Shown: piece by piece, positions 53,825-62,938 of the stretch
Position numbering within the stretch: the stretch's first letter is position 1
Layout of the letters: each line of letters starts with the position of its first letter
Virus record (IMG/VR): IMGVR_UViG_3300031867_000008
Coordinates: 76,957-140,956 of that record
Strand: one strand, 5' to 3'
DNA length: 64,000 nt
DNA from: a virus
Taxonomy: Duplodnaviria > Caudoviricetes
Program-made: the position numbers and the translations under genes
The notes under the pieces: model-generated
Seen by the model: the letters and a program-made list of their open reading frames with translations, nothing else
The model's database searches: none
What the model was told of the DNA's origin: nothing

Positions 53825-54847
53825 TTAGCTATAATTTTTCATTAACGTAGCAGGGTCAAGGCTCATTGCCATATCCTGCCAAGCATCTACTGAATATGAA
53901 TGTTCTGTCTGCTCTCTTGTTGAATTGCTATTATAAGACACCGTTTTTCCACGTTTGTCACGCTTATTAAACCTATCTGCCAATGCTCTGCTATCCTGAG
54001 TCATTGCTGCATTATACAAACTTGTTATAAGATAAGACTTCATCGACCTTATCGTTGTTGCAGAACTGTTCATACATTCACACACATATTTCAAATCACT
54101 CTCCTTTAATTTTTCAAACTGTTTAGCTACAGTACTTGTAAGCATACTCTTCCCCGAAACTCTCGTCCACTTGTACTTCTGTGAAGTAACTTCTGCGATT
54201 ATTGCTTTCATTTCTTTCATCAAATCTTCGTCATAATCATTCTCATACTGAGTAAGATTAAGATTAGATTCTGATAGATTAGATGATAGATTATAAGAGA
54301 TATAACTATTATTTTTATTATCTTTATCTATCTTATCTATATCAGTTATATTATTATTATTATTAAATCTATTATCGGTTATAGTTTCAGTTATATCTTC
54401 TATATCTTCCGTAATTTCAGGGGTTTCAGCCACATCATGATAATCAACACATGGATAATCATAACATGGGTAATCACTAACGCAATTCTGCACTATCGGA
54501 GAATCCATATTTGACTCAGCCATATCACGCTCATCATAACGTGGTTCATTAGTATCAAGCTGTTCAACATCATGTTCAACTTCAATGCGATAAACGCAAT
54601 TAGAAAGAACTCCGTTCGCCTTGCGAACCTTTTCACGAACAAGATAATTATTATTTTCCAGTTCTTTCAGCGAACTATTGACCTTATACTGTCCCGTTGT
54701 TGCCAACTCAGTAAGGCTTTTAACGCTTGCGTTCATTTCCATGAACAACAGTTCCAACATTACACCTTTTGCGCTGTAACTGATAGTGCTATCATTTGCG
54801 ATTGTCTGCAATATGCGTTCTCTATTTTTGTAAATAATATTAGACAT
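53825..54847 (-). CDS. Replication initiator-like protein (N-terminal wHTH, DUF6017-like C-terminus)
   Basis: D..IS..AKG....L, SLKELE...YL.R; IRSMKSYLITSLYNA; central low-complexity linker. Confidence 0.65.
   Translation of the reverse strand: MSNIIYKNRERILQTIANDSTISYSAKGVMLELLFMEMNASVKSLTELATTGQYKVNSSLKELENNNYLVREKVRKANGVLSNCVYRIEVEHDVEQLDTNEPRYDERDMAESNMDSPIVQNCVSDYPCYDYPCVDYHDVAETPEITEDIEDITETITDNRFNNNNNITDIDKIDKDNKNNSYISYNLSSNLSESNLNLTQYENDYDEDLMKEMKAIIAEVTSQKYKWTRVSGKSMLTSTVAKQFEKLKESDLKYVCECMNSSATTIRSMKSYLITSLYNAAMTQDSRALADRFNKRDKRGKTVSYNSNSTREQTEHSYSVDAWQDMAMSLDPATLMKNYS
54255..54410. repeat. AT-rich short-repeat tract inside the Rep-like gene (candidate origin/iterons)
   Basis: Repeated TGATAGATTA/AGATTAGA, TTATCT, (TTA)n and CAGTTATAT units. 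Confidence 0.4.
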
Positions 54848-54867
54848 AACCGATACTCCCTTTCTGT

Positions 54868-55074
54868 TTATGAACTGTCTAAGATTTCCGACAGTCTACA
54901 TTGTATTGTCGATTGTCCTGTCACTGGGTCGATCAGACGAGCAGAATAACACAATTGATTATTCCGCTCACCTACAATTATTTCTGAAAGTGTAAACCAT
55001 GAATCAACATAAAGTCTGGGACTTACAAACCTGACTTTTCTTCCGATAAGTTTAACTGCCTTTTCTACTGTCAT
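54868..55074 (-). CDS. Hypothetical protein
   Basis: 68-aa ORF, GAGG RBS. Confidence 0.65.
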   Translation of the reverse strand: MTVEKAVKLIGRKVRFVSPRLYVDSWFTLSEIIVGERNNQLCYSARLIDPVTGQSTIQCRLSEILDSS

Positions 55075-55086
55075 AGTAAACCTCTT

Positions 55087-56082
55087 TCAGAAAAATCTAG
55101 TCTGCGTTCCTGTCTCGTAAATTAGTTCTTTGTCAGCTTCAATAACTAATTCAACAGCATCTTTTCCGAGATTCATTTGAGAAATGACTTTCGAGAAAAT
55201 CTCCTGTTGATCTCTCATGTAATGCGTTTGAGTTAGTTTAAGACTGCTGTGCTGAAAATAACTGGATAACAGCATAGAACTAAAATATTCATCCGCAACG
55301 TCAGCAAGAGATTTGTCATGTTTTAAAACCTGTCTGAACCAATAAGAAAAGGTCTGTCTTATAGTATAAGATGAATAATGACCTTTAATATTAGCAGTTT
55401 CGGCGCAAGCCTTTAAGTGTCTGCTAATGCTATCCGTGTCAATAGGTTTGCGGAGTTTAATAAATCCATCCGTGTCATTTAAAATAACATTTTTATCACA
55501 AACGATAGAACCTTTTTCTGAGTAAGCAAACATAAGCCCTTTTTTCTTGTGAGCGTTATCCTGATGCCACAGCCTATCATTTTCCTTTTCAAGAAAAACA
55601 AAACTGTTCCTGCGGTTTTTTCCATTGACGAATACAAAATCGTCATCAGAAAATAAAGTACCCGCCGTTTTCTTACGTTTCTTGTACCAAGACAGTGTAG
55701 ATTTGACAGTCTCGTTTAGATTAACCATTGTCGTTTTACCCGTCTTGTGTTCAGGCATAGCAAATACTGACATTAAACTGCCGTCAGCGTTCTCTATCAA
55801 CTTCCAACGCCAAGCAAGTATATCCACTGGACGATAACCTGTATTGATTCCGACTATAAAGAAAGCCAAAGTATCAATGTCATTATTGTTATACAGTTCC
55901 AAAACCATATCATTTATATCCGATTCATCTTTCAAAGCATCTGCCGAATGAAGTTCCTTTGAATACTCTTCTTCCGATACTATATTGATAGACAGTCTAT
56001 CTTTTTTTGGCTTATCTTCTCTTCGTGTCATCTCAATAAGAGAACTCAATTCAATATTTTTTGCTGTACTGTTCATTGTCAT
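55087..56082 (-). CDS. Tyrosine recombinase/integrase (catalytic domain)
   Basis: NTGYRPVDIL (R), EHKTGK (K), SYTIRQTF (xxxR), FQHSS (H), THY (Y). Confidence 0.85.
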   Translation of the reverse strand: MTMNSTAKNIELSSLIEMTRREDKPKKDRLSINIVSEEEYSKELHSADALKDESDINDMVLELYNNNDIDTLAFFIVGINTGYRPVDILAWRWKLIENADGSLMSVFAMPEHKTGKTTMVNLNETVKSTLSWYKKRKKTAGTLFSDDDFVFVNGKNRRNSFVFLEKENDRLWHQDNAHKKKGLMFAYSEKGSIVCDKNVILNDTDGFIKLRKPIDTDSISRHLKACAETANIKGHYSSYTIRQTFSYWFRQVLKHDKSLADVADEYFSSMLLSSYFQHSSLKLTQTHYMRDQQEIFSKVISQMNLGKDAVELVIEADKELIYETGTQTRFF

Positions 56083-56103
56083 TCCTCCTAAAAATTACAA
56101 AAA

Positions 56104-56442
56104 TTACAACAATGCCAAAACGATCATCATTGTTACCATAACACCTAAGAAAAGTATACCCTCAAAGGTACGAAAAATGTCTGAGTATGTAATATCACCC
56201 TTTACATTAGCATCGAAAATATCTTCCAGTGTATCGCTGGTGGTTCTGATGTCAGTTAGTTCAAGGTCATACGCATCAATGATTGTATCTTCACTGTCAA
56301 CATCGACTTTCAAAATATCTCCTTCTCGTTCCGCAAACAAGTAGGTCTGCTCATTAAGTCTGAAAGAGATTTCTTCATTTTCCTGCAATTTCAAAATCGA
56401 AGTTATGCAGAAAAATTTATTATCCAAAGTTGCATCAAACAT
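56104..56442 (-). CDS. Hypothetical protein with a C-terminal TM helix
   Basis: 112-aa ORF, GGTGA RBS. Confidence 0.65.
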   Translation of the reverse strand: MFDATLDNKFFCITSILKLQENEEISFRLNEQTYLFAEREGDILKVDVDSEDTIIDAYDLELTDIRTTSDTLEDIFDANVKGDITYSDIFRTFEGILFLGVMVTMMIVLALL

Positions 56443-56515
56443 ATTATCACCACGCTTTCAACAAAGGTTTATATTACATCACGTTTTTAACAGTCGTTCA
56501 CGCTTTTATACTATT

Positions 56516-56571
56516 ATTATACATCAAAGTGCCGTCAAAGTCAATAGGCTATCAACAGTTATTCACGATTT
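56516..56571 (-). promoter_or_regulatory. Sigma-A promoter with a related upstream element
   Basis: TTGACT (56539-56544)-17 bp-TATAAT (56516-56521); upstream AAATCGTGAATAACTGTTGA resembles the element at 21 kb and 39 kb. Confidence 0.8.
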
Positions 56572-56607
56572 AACACATTATTTACAATTGACTATAATTA
56601 TGTAAAA

Positions 56608-56636
56608 ACTCCCTCTCGGTTTATCCAAGAGGGAGT
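56608..56636 (-). terminator. Intrinsic terminator
   Basis: ACTCCCTCT...AGAGGGAGT followed by a T tract on the minus strand. Confidence 0.75.
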
Positions 56637-56667
56637 CTGAAAATATTTATTTGATTAAAACTAACTT

Positions 56668-56874
56668 TTATTCACCGTGTATGGTCTTGCTTGCCGTGTT
56701 CCATATTGACACAAAGCATTCACCTGTATATCCATTCTTCTCACATACATCTTTACAATGTACATATACTTCATGTCTCTTATTAAAGTCTGTTGGTTTC
56801 CCAGATGTTCTCCACATATTCTCTAGTGCGTTTTCGCAATACTTTATACAATCTCCTTTAGTCATTTTATCCAT
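56668..56874 (-). CDS. Hypothetical protein
   Basis: 68 aa, AAGGAGG RBS. Confidence 0.7.
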   Translation of the reverse strand: MDKMTKGDCIKYCENALENMWRTSGKPTDFNKRHEVYVHCKDVCEKNGYTGECFVSIWNTASKTIHGE

Positions 56875-56892
56875 AGTAATCCTCCTTACAAA

Positions 56893-57162
56893 TCACCTTG
56901 CGCCGAACTGTCCTGTACCATAATATGCAGTTCTTAACTTTTCAAAACTTACATCATAGAAAACCTCATGAATATAACCAAACTTCGGTTCATCAATATT
57001 TTCACGAATTTTCTCTACTCTAAACAAATGGGGATTCTTTGATATATCATCAAGGAACTCTTTTGCTTTGTTGCTGTCCTCAAAAACAACATATGTTGTC
57101 TCTGGATGTATAGGTCTACGCGATAATTCGATAACTGTAACTCTATTGTTTCCCATAATCAT
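56893..57162 (-). CDS. Hypothetical protein
   Basis: 89 aa. Confidence 0.65.
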   Translation of the reverse strand: MIMGNNRVTVIELSRRPIHPETTYVVFEDSNKAKEFLDDISKNPHLFRVEKIRENIDEPKFGYIHEVFYDVSFEKLRTAYYGTGQFGAR

Positions 57163-57312
57163 TCATCCTTTCAGGTTGTTAGTTTCCGATCTCTTCAACG
57201 GCGACTTCGTAGCCCCCGGTCAGCTGCTACTCGTTGTATTCTTCGTTGTACTATCTTTTCATAAGTTAATTCTCCTTTCAGTTATAACGGCATTGTTGCC
57301 ACTTTCACATTT

Positions 57313-57341
57313 ATTATACCACATTTTGCACAAAAAGTCAA
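57313..57341 (-). promoter_or_regulatory. Sigma-A promoter
   Basis: TTGACT-17 bp-TATAAT. Confidence 0.75.
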
Positions 57342-57356
57342 CATCAAATCCGTATG

Positions 57357-57740
57357 TTATTTAAGTCTTTCGATCAATTCATCAAGCAAAACCTTGTAAA
57401 AAGCTACGCTGACATAGCCTGCAAAGTACAAATGCAGTTCCTTTATCCATTCGCTCACCAAAGAATCCTCGTCCTCTGGAACGTTGTACCAATGTTTCTT
57501 CGCAAAATTCTGAAACTCGTCTATGTAAAACTTTATGAATCCCGACCAATCAGCCACAGCTTCGTAGTCGTTCTTCTTTCTTATCAGTCGAACTCTTTTC
57601 AGAATTTCGTCCTCGAATATATCCGAATTATCTCTGAACTCTCCGTAATAAGGAGCGCACACAGTTACACACTTGTCAAACTCATTGTCATATATATCAA
57701 AATCCGAGCCTTCACGTTTAATAAATTCATAAACTGTCAT
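57357..57740 (-). CDS. Hypothetical protein
   Basis: 127 aa. Confidence 0.7.
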   Translation of the reverse strand: MTVYEFIKREGSDFDIYDNEFDKCVTVCAPYYGEFRDNSDIFEDEILKRVRLIRKKNDYEAVADWSGFIKFYIDEFQNFAKKHWYNVPEDEDSLVSEWIKELHLYFAGYVSVAFYKVLLDELIERLK

Positions 57741-57742
57741 TG

Positions 57743-58126
57743 TTACTCCACCTTTCTTATAACGCTTACTACAACTTTATCCTGCTCCGATCTGCATTCC
57801 TGCCATAAATAAGACCTTATGCAGCTTGCAATATAACCTTTTGTAAATGTATCATTACTAAGCGAATAGGTTTTTATTCCACCACCGCCCATATAGCCGA
57901 TAGCAAGAGCTTCACCGTCAAATATTTTTATTATCTGGATTCCAAACCAACCAGTAGGCTCAGACTCCAAATCTTCGTCAAATGTGAAGTAAACGCTATC
58001 CTCATTCTTAGTTTTGTCATCGTCAACAGCGTAAGTGTTCAGCACGATCTCAGCAAAATCTTCGATAGTTTCCACACTCAGCGTTTCCATTCCTTCTGCA
58101 ACAGTTCTTGTTATTGTATTTGTCAT
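57743..58126 (-). CDS. Hypothetical protein
   Basis: 127 aa, GGAGG RBS. Confidence 0.7.
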   Translation of the reverse strand: MTNTITRTVAEGMETLSVETIEDFAEIVLNTYAVDDDKTKNEDSVYFTFDEDLESEPTGWFGIQIIKIFDGEALAIGYMGGGGIKTYSLSNDTFTKGYIASCIRSYLWQECRSEQDKVVVSVIRKVE

Positions 58127-58141
58127 CGCTCATTCCTCCAT

Positions 58142-58327
58142 TCACTTTATAATAGTACAAATCTTAGTGGTTCTATATAGACCGTGTAATCGTCTATATT
58201 CACCAGCTTTGCTATACTCACTAAGTATTCTCACGTATTCGTCAAACACCTTTGCGAAATCACTATGCGTTTGGCTCTGTTTCATGTTTCCCTTGTCATC
58301 CTGATATTTCACATAGTATAATTTCAT
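58142..58327 (-). CDS. Hypothetical protein
   Basis: 61 aa. Confidence 0.6.
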   Translation of the reverse strand: MKLYYVKYQDDKGNMKQSQTHSDFAKVFDEYVRILSEYSKAGEYRRLHGLYRTTKICTIIK

Positions 58328-58406
58328 TATTGATTCCTCATTTCTTTCTGCGATAGACCTTGCCGCTACCGCTCGGCATAAGAAGTATTGCTATTGATGT
58401 TATTGG

Positions 58407-59573
58407 TTATGCGATCATATTCCTGAATTTTTCTTTATCTTCGGGGTTCATTATTATCGGAAGATTAAGACACTCATACTCTCCATTAGTCATCAGTATT
58501 GGTGTCAATTCACTGTTATAGCTAATAGAGATCTCATTCTTCCCGAAAACTTTCAGACTATCAAGAATAAAACTGATCTTATATGCACCTATCATCTCAG
58601 CATTTCCGTCAATTTTAGCCATGAGTTTATCAGAAGTCTTTATGTCACTGGCGAATACCGCCGTGTAAAGCTCTCCATTATGACTCCCTATGTACATAGG
58701 CACAGGAGATTTTGCATTGACGTAACCCTTGTATTCCTTTACAACCTCTGTCAACTCAGCGTTGTCAACCTTGATGACAGTTGCGAACGATTTAGGAATG
58801 TTATCTTTAATCGGATGAAAACTTCCCTCATAGTTGCGTACTCCGTATTCCGCAGTCACACCATAATCGGTTTTAGTAAAGACTGTCAGCTTATTATCTG
58901 TAGTTACAGCAACAGTTATTTTTCCAGACTTATCAAAAACGTTCTTAATGTTTTCAAGCTGCTGCTGAACAGTCATATTATAGTCAGACTGCTTTTCAAG
59001 AGTTCTCCACGACTTGCGGATAGCTCTATATCCGTCAATCGTTTCAATGTGTCCTGTTGTACCATTAAAATTAAAGCCTTGAAGAATAGGTCTTGCTTCA
59101 ATGAATGACCTAAACGGAGCAACAGTCTTTATTCCGTCAAGAAGTTCCTCCGCATCGACTGTGAACACTGTTGTTCTATCTTTTTCAAGCTCACAAGTAT
59201 AACTATCATAGTTAAAATCATTATCCGAAGGAGTAAAGCAAGCTAGTTCCATTGTTTTCTTACCGTCAGCAATCTTTATTTTCTTGTCATCGTCAGAATC
59301 ATATGTAACAATAACGTTATTGCCTTTGATGTTTACTATTTTCTTAGCAGTGTTTTCGTTGATTGTAACCTCAAAAATTCCGTCACAGTCACACTTGCAC
59401 TGACCTCTGTACATCTGATCTAAAGTGTTTCCGCATACATACAGAACGTTATCGCAAGCCTTTATCAGTATACTTTCTCCTATACCACTAGCAGACCTCT
59501 TGACTGTCACCGAAAGTGCAGCCTTTACCATTGTTCTAAAGTCGTTTCCATTTACCATTGCTAAAGTTTTCAT
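58407..59573 (-). CDS. dnaN: DNA polymerase III beta-clamp-like protein
   Basis: 388 aa; RPILQGFNF, TIDGYRA, EGSF..I...IP, F.LDSLK, C-terminal P.......Y.CL.LPI. Confidence 0.75.
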   Translation of the reverse strand: MKTLAMVNGNDFRTMVKAALSVTVKRSASGIGESILIKACDNVLYVCGNTLDQMYRGQCKCDCDGIFEVTINENTAKKIVNIKGNNVIVTYDSDDDKKIKIADGKKTMELACFTPSDNDFNYDSYTCELEKDRTTVFTVDAEELLDGIKTVAPFRSFIEARPILQGFNFNGTTGHIETIDGYRAIRKSWRTLEKQSDYNMTVQQQLENIKNVFDKSGKITVAVTTDNKLTVFTKTDYGVTAEYGVRNYEGSFHPIKDNIPKSFATVIKVDNAELTEVVKEYKGYVNAKSPVPMYIGSHNGELYTAVFASDIKTSDKLMAKIDGNAEMIGAYKISFILDSLKVFGKNEISISYNSELTPILMTNGEYECLNLPIIMNPEDKEKFRNMIA

Positions 59574-59612
59574 TATGTAATTCCTCCGTTTTTTAAATAG
59601 TCATTTTGTTTT

Positions 59613-59810
59613 TTAGTACACAGCGGTCAAATCACCAACGTCAAGGAGATAATTCGCTCCCCTTGCGGCTTCTTCCATAAGTTCGTATTCTTCCTTGTCT
59701 GTCTCAGGATCAATGTCACAGTCGATGACCTCAACGTCCAGTCTTTCATCACTGGAATAAACGTCAGTGACAATACCGCCCTTGACAAACACAACTACCT
59801 TTGTTCTCAT
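59613..59810 (-). CDS. Hypothetical protein
   Basis: VVVFVKGGIVTDVYS....V.VID.D phage motif. Confidence 0.7.
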   Translation of the reverse strand: MRTKVVVFVKGGIVTDVYSSDERLDVEVIDCDIDPETDKEEYELMEEAARGANYLLDVGDLTAVY

Positions 59811-60057
59811 AAATAATCATTCCTTTCATTCATTATCTGTTTTTTCTGATCGCATCTTCGAGAAGGGCAAGCAAATAATACAGCCCTAAACCAACTATCC
59901 AAAGCATTCAATCACTCCCCTTTCATTGAGTATTTATTATGTAATGGACACCAATACAAGCTCATGCACTTGCGTAGGTGTTGTCTGCCGTATTGTAAAG
60001 CCCCGACAGTAAGGGTTTATGTGTTGTGGTATTCCGCTATTGTATGAACGTTCAAGG

Positions 60058-60282
60058 TTAGTTCTTTTTCTTAACATTGATTGTCATAGCATCTATGTCA
60101 TCTATGTAAAACCGTTCAACTTTTGCCGTTTTCCATTCTTCGTGCAGACCATCATCAAGTGTCATGTAGTGAGAAGTCGTGTCTATTTCCACATTATTTC
60201 CCACATCATACAGCGTGAGATTTATTTCCTCTCCACCATACATTTCAAGAAACTCTTTAACCGTCATAAGATCACGCTCCAA
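60058..60282 (-). CDS. Hypothetical protein
   Basis: 74 aa. Confidence 0.6.
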   Translation of the reverse strand: MERDLMTVKEFLEMYGGEEINLTLYDVGNNVEIDTTSHYMTLDDGLHEEWKTAKVERFYIDDIDAMTINVKKKN

Positions 60283-60285
60283 TTC

Positions 60286-60510
60286 TCACAGAAATATTTT
60301 AAATGTACCATCTTCTTTGTAAGTCTCTATCCATTCATTAACAATCTGTTTAGCCTGTTTACTTGACTCACAGATCATGACAACATTAGCACCTTCCCTT
60401 TTCCGCTTTTCGCAGTAAGGTATTAAGTTATCGCTTCCAGAAACTTGACCTACATACGCAGACCTGAAACCGTTCTTTTCTACATTGATCGCTAAGTAAT
60501 AATTTTTCAT
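60286..60510 (-). CDS. Hypothetical protein
   Basis: 74 aa. Confidence 0.65.
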   Translation of the reverse strand: MKNYYLAINVEKNGFRSAYVGQVSGSDNLIPYCEKRKREGANVVMICESSKQAKQIVNEWIETYKEDGTFKIFL

Positions 60511-60713
60511 ACTGATTCCACCTTTCTAAAAGCCCAATACATTCTTATTAAGCGTTCTCTCCGCTTACTCAACTTACAATTGAAACGTTCCATACCATTC
60601 CGCATATCACGCTCACGCAGACAAACGAGCTTATTATAGGATTCCTTTGCGTTCATTGGTGTATGCGGCATATACAGACATTCACGTCCGAAGTCACTGT
60701 TATAGTATTTCAT
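60507..60713 (-). CDS. Hypothetical protein
   Basis: 68 aa, AAGGAG RBS. Confidence 0.65.
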   Translation of the reverse strand: MKYYNSDFGRECLYMPHTPMNAKESYNKLVCLRERDMRNGMERFNCKLSKRRERLIRMYWAFRKVESV

Positions 60714-60728
60714 AAATCAACACTCCTT

Positions 60729-60941
60729 TCAAACACTATCCACGTACTTGACAAAAGCCCATCTGCGCTTTGTCTGTCTTACTTCATAACCGTTATCCTT
60801 ATTCCATACCTTACCAGTTTTCTTATTGATAACACTTGTGTTGTCATCGGAAATGATACAGTTAGTAGTGTAATAGAATTCGTTAATCATCTGTTCAAGT
60901 TCCTCTCGCGTAGGCGCACTCATAATAGTTACTCTTTTCAT
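60729..60941 (-). CDS. Hypothetical protein
   Basis: 70 aa, AAGGAG RBS. Confidence 0.65.
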   Translation of the reverse strand: MKRVTIMSAPTREELEQMINEFYYTTNCIISDDNTSVINKKTGKVWNKDNGYEVRQTKRRWAFVKYVDSV

Positions 60942-60956
60942 GTCAAATACTCCTTT

Positions 60957-61163
60957 TCAATACATTTCAAACTCATACACCGAGTTCATGAGCCATTCAT
61001 TATCTATAAATTCCTCATGCAGCTCGTCAAGAACATCACGCCAATTTGAGGGAGCATTGTATGTGCTGGCAAGCTCTCCCATCAAATCACTTGCTATTTC
61101 CGCAAGTTCTAAATTCTGTTCTTCACTTGCCATAATAAGCAATCGCCTAATAATGTCTTTCAT
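60957..61163 (-). CDS. Hypothetical protein
   Basis: 68 aa, AAGGAG RBS. Confidence 0.65.
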   Translation of the reverse strand: MKDIIRRLLIMASEEQNLELAEIASDLMGELASTYNAPSNWRDVLDELHEEFIDNEWLMNSVYEFEMY

Positions 61164-61516
61164 AAATCAGCACTCCTTTCAATAATAAAAACAAATCCAT
61201 CATAATAAGTTATCGCAAAACCCAAATGATCTATTATCCAATCTTTGAAGTTATCATCATAATAATTCAAAGTCTGTTTTAGTATACCCCAAACACTTTC
61301 AATAAATTCTTTCCAGCATCCAGATATTCCCTGACATACTGCCTCCGCAATAACAACAGGATCGTCTGACATAGAACTTATAACAGCAAGAAATTGCACA
61401 CGACCAGTATTATTTCTTTCCACTACTATACAAGCCTTATTTGTCTCATAATTGCTGAATACCTGATAAAAATTTCTCGCGTTCTGTTCACGTTCCTTTT
61501 TTGTAATTCTTTTCAT
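61160..61516 (-). CDS. Hypothetical protein
   Basis: 118 aa, AAGGAG RBS. Confidence 0.7.
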   Translation of the reverse strand: MKRITKKEREQNARNFYQVFSNYETNKACIVVERNNTGRVQFLAVISSMSDDPVVIAEAVCQGISGCWKEFIESVWGILKQTLNYYDDNFKDWIIDHLGFAITYYDGFVFIIERSADL

Positions 61517-61535
61517 ATGTAACTCCTTTCATCGC

Positions 61536-61582
61536 ATACAATATATAGTGTTATAAATTCATGGTTGTACTATATATTGTAT
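61536..61582. promoter_or_regulatory. Tandem NrdR-box-like operator pair
   Basis: ATACAATATATAGTGT and GTACTATATATTGTAT, 31 bp apart. Confidence 0.7.
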
Positions 61583-61606
61583 GCAATTATCCTTAAAACA
61601 ACTGTT

Positions 61607-62251
61607 TTATTCGATTAACTCAGGCATATAAACCTTTATATATGCCTTAAATCTTCCAATATCATTTGTATCTCCACGCTCTTTAGCAATTCGATTTGCC
61701 GTTTCAACAGCTTTTTCTCCACTAAGAGCGTTAAATGATGTTTCGTTATTGATTATTGGATGATTCGCAAAAGAAACAAATAAACCAGTTCCATCATTAT
61801 TTCCAGTTCCAAAAGTTGTAATATAATAAAACGGAGTTTTAGTCTTGATATAAAGTTCGCCATCAACTAATAAATACATCTGTTCTTCTTTTTGAATCGC
61901 TTCCATCATTTTTTCTTTATTCGGGTATTCTCCATCACGCCATTTACGAGGAAAAAACCAACTTCCATGCTCTCTCCACCAAGATAAAGCGGCAATCGGA
62001 GTATCAAACTCTCCTTCGTCAACACAAATATCTCTTATTATTGCCTTTCTCCAAAGAGTTCGTGTTGTCGGATCATAGTAAATTTTGCCTTGTCCTTCAA
62101 AACTATTATCCTCAAAAGCAATAGATAAAGCAGAAAGAGTTGTTTCAAATATGGTGAAAGCAACATATTCTTCTTGTTCTATATACTCATAATGTCTTTT
62201 AACTTTCACTTTATCATAATACTTTATCCATGTTTTAATTTTCATTCTCAT
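61607..62251 (-). CDS. Hypothetical protein
   Basis: 214 aa. Confidence 0.75.
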   Translation of the reverse strand: MRMKIKTWIKYYDKVKVKRHYEYIEQEEYVAFTIFETTLSALSIAFEDNSFEGQGKIYYDPTTRTLWRKAIIRDICVDEGEFDTPIAALSWWREHGSWFFPRKWRDGEYPNKEKMMEAIQKEEQMYLLVDGELYIKTKTPFYYITTFGTGNNDGTGLFVSFANHPIINNETSFNALSGEKAVETANRIAKERGDTNDIGRFKAYIKVYMPELIE

Positions 62252-62419
62252 TCACTCCTTTTAAATCTTATTCAGCAGTTCTTGTAACTCTTTTATATAC
62301 ACGTTGATCTCGTTTTCCGCAGGCTTACAATTAACCAGCTTGTATGCAGTGTACGCATTATCCAAGAGCTGAATAATACCCTGTCTAATCAGATACTTTT
62401 CACGTTCTGTCATTGTTAA

Positions 62420-62827
62420 TCACTCCTTATCCACAACTTCATCAAGACAAACCTCGTCAAGATGATTAACCACAAGATCAGCGACTTCAAACTCAAACCC
62501 ATGAGTGTTGATAAACTTTTGATACTTTACCTTGTCTTTGTTTTCTGCAAACCATGCAAGCCAATCAGTAAAGCCAAGTATATCAACTATCGTTTCATCT
62601 GAAATTCCGTAGTTTGGGGCTTCTTCCTCTAAATCGTCAAGGAAGTAATCGTCTATGTAAATGTCAAGTCTATCCACAATGGATTCCGCAGAATCAAACC
62701 TATCTTCCGCTATACCACCCCAATATGCGCCCTGATAGTCAATCAGAGCGTAACCATTAGGCTCCTTACAAAGCCCAAAGTCCATCGTATGCAGAAAATC
62801 AGCAAAGAGTTTTGTGTATTTGTTTAT
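62420..62827 (-). CDS. Hypothetical protein with a probable ATA start
   Basis: AGGAGG 7 nt before an in-frame ATA at 62827, 14 codons upstream of the track ATG (62785), which has no clear RBS. Confidence 0.65.
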   Translation of the reverse strand: MNKYTKLFADFLHTMDFGLCKEPNGYALIDYQGAYWGGIAEDRFDSAESIVDRLDIYIDDYFLDDLEEEAPNYGISDETIVDILGFTDWLAWFAENKDKVKYQKFINTHGFEFEVADLVVNHLDEVCLDEVVDKE

Positions 62828-62938
62828 GAGTTTTCCTCCTCATCATCGTCATATACATAATCGTCATCGTCATCATCGTCAAGACGGTCAATCAAAGCGT
62901 TAATAAACTGTTCCATGCTCATTGTGGGTCACTCCTTA

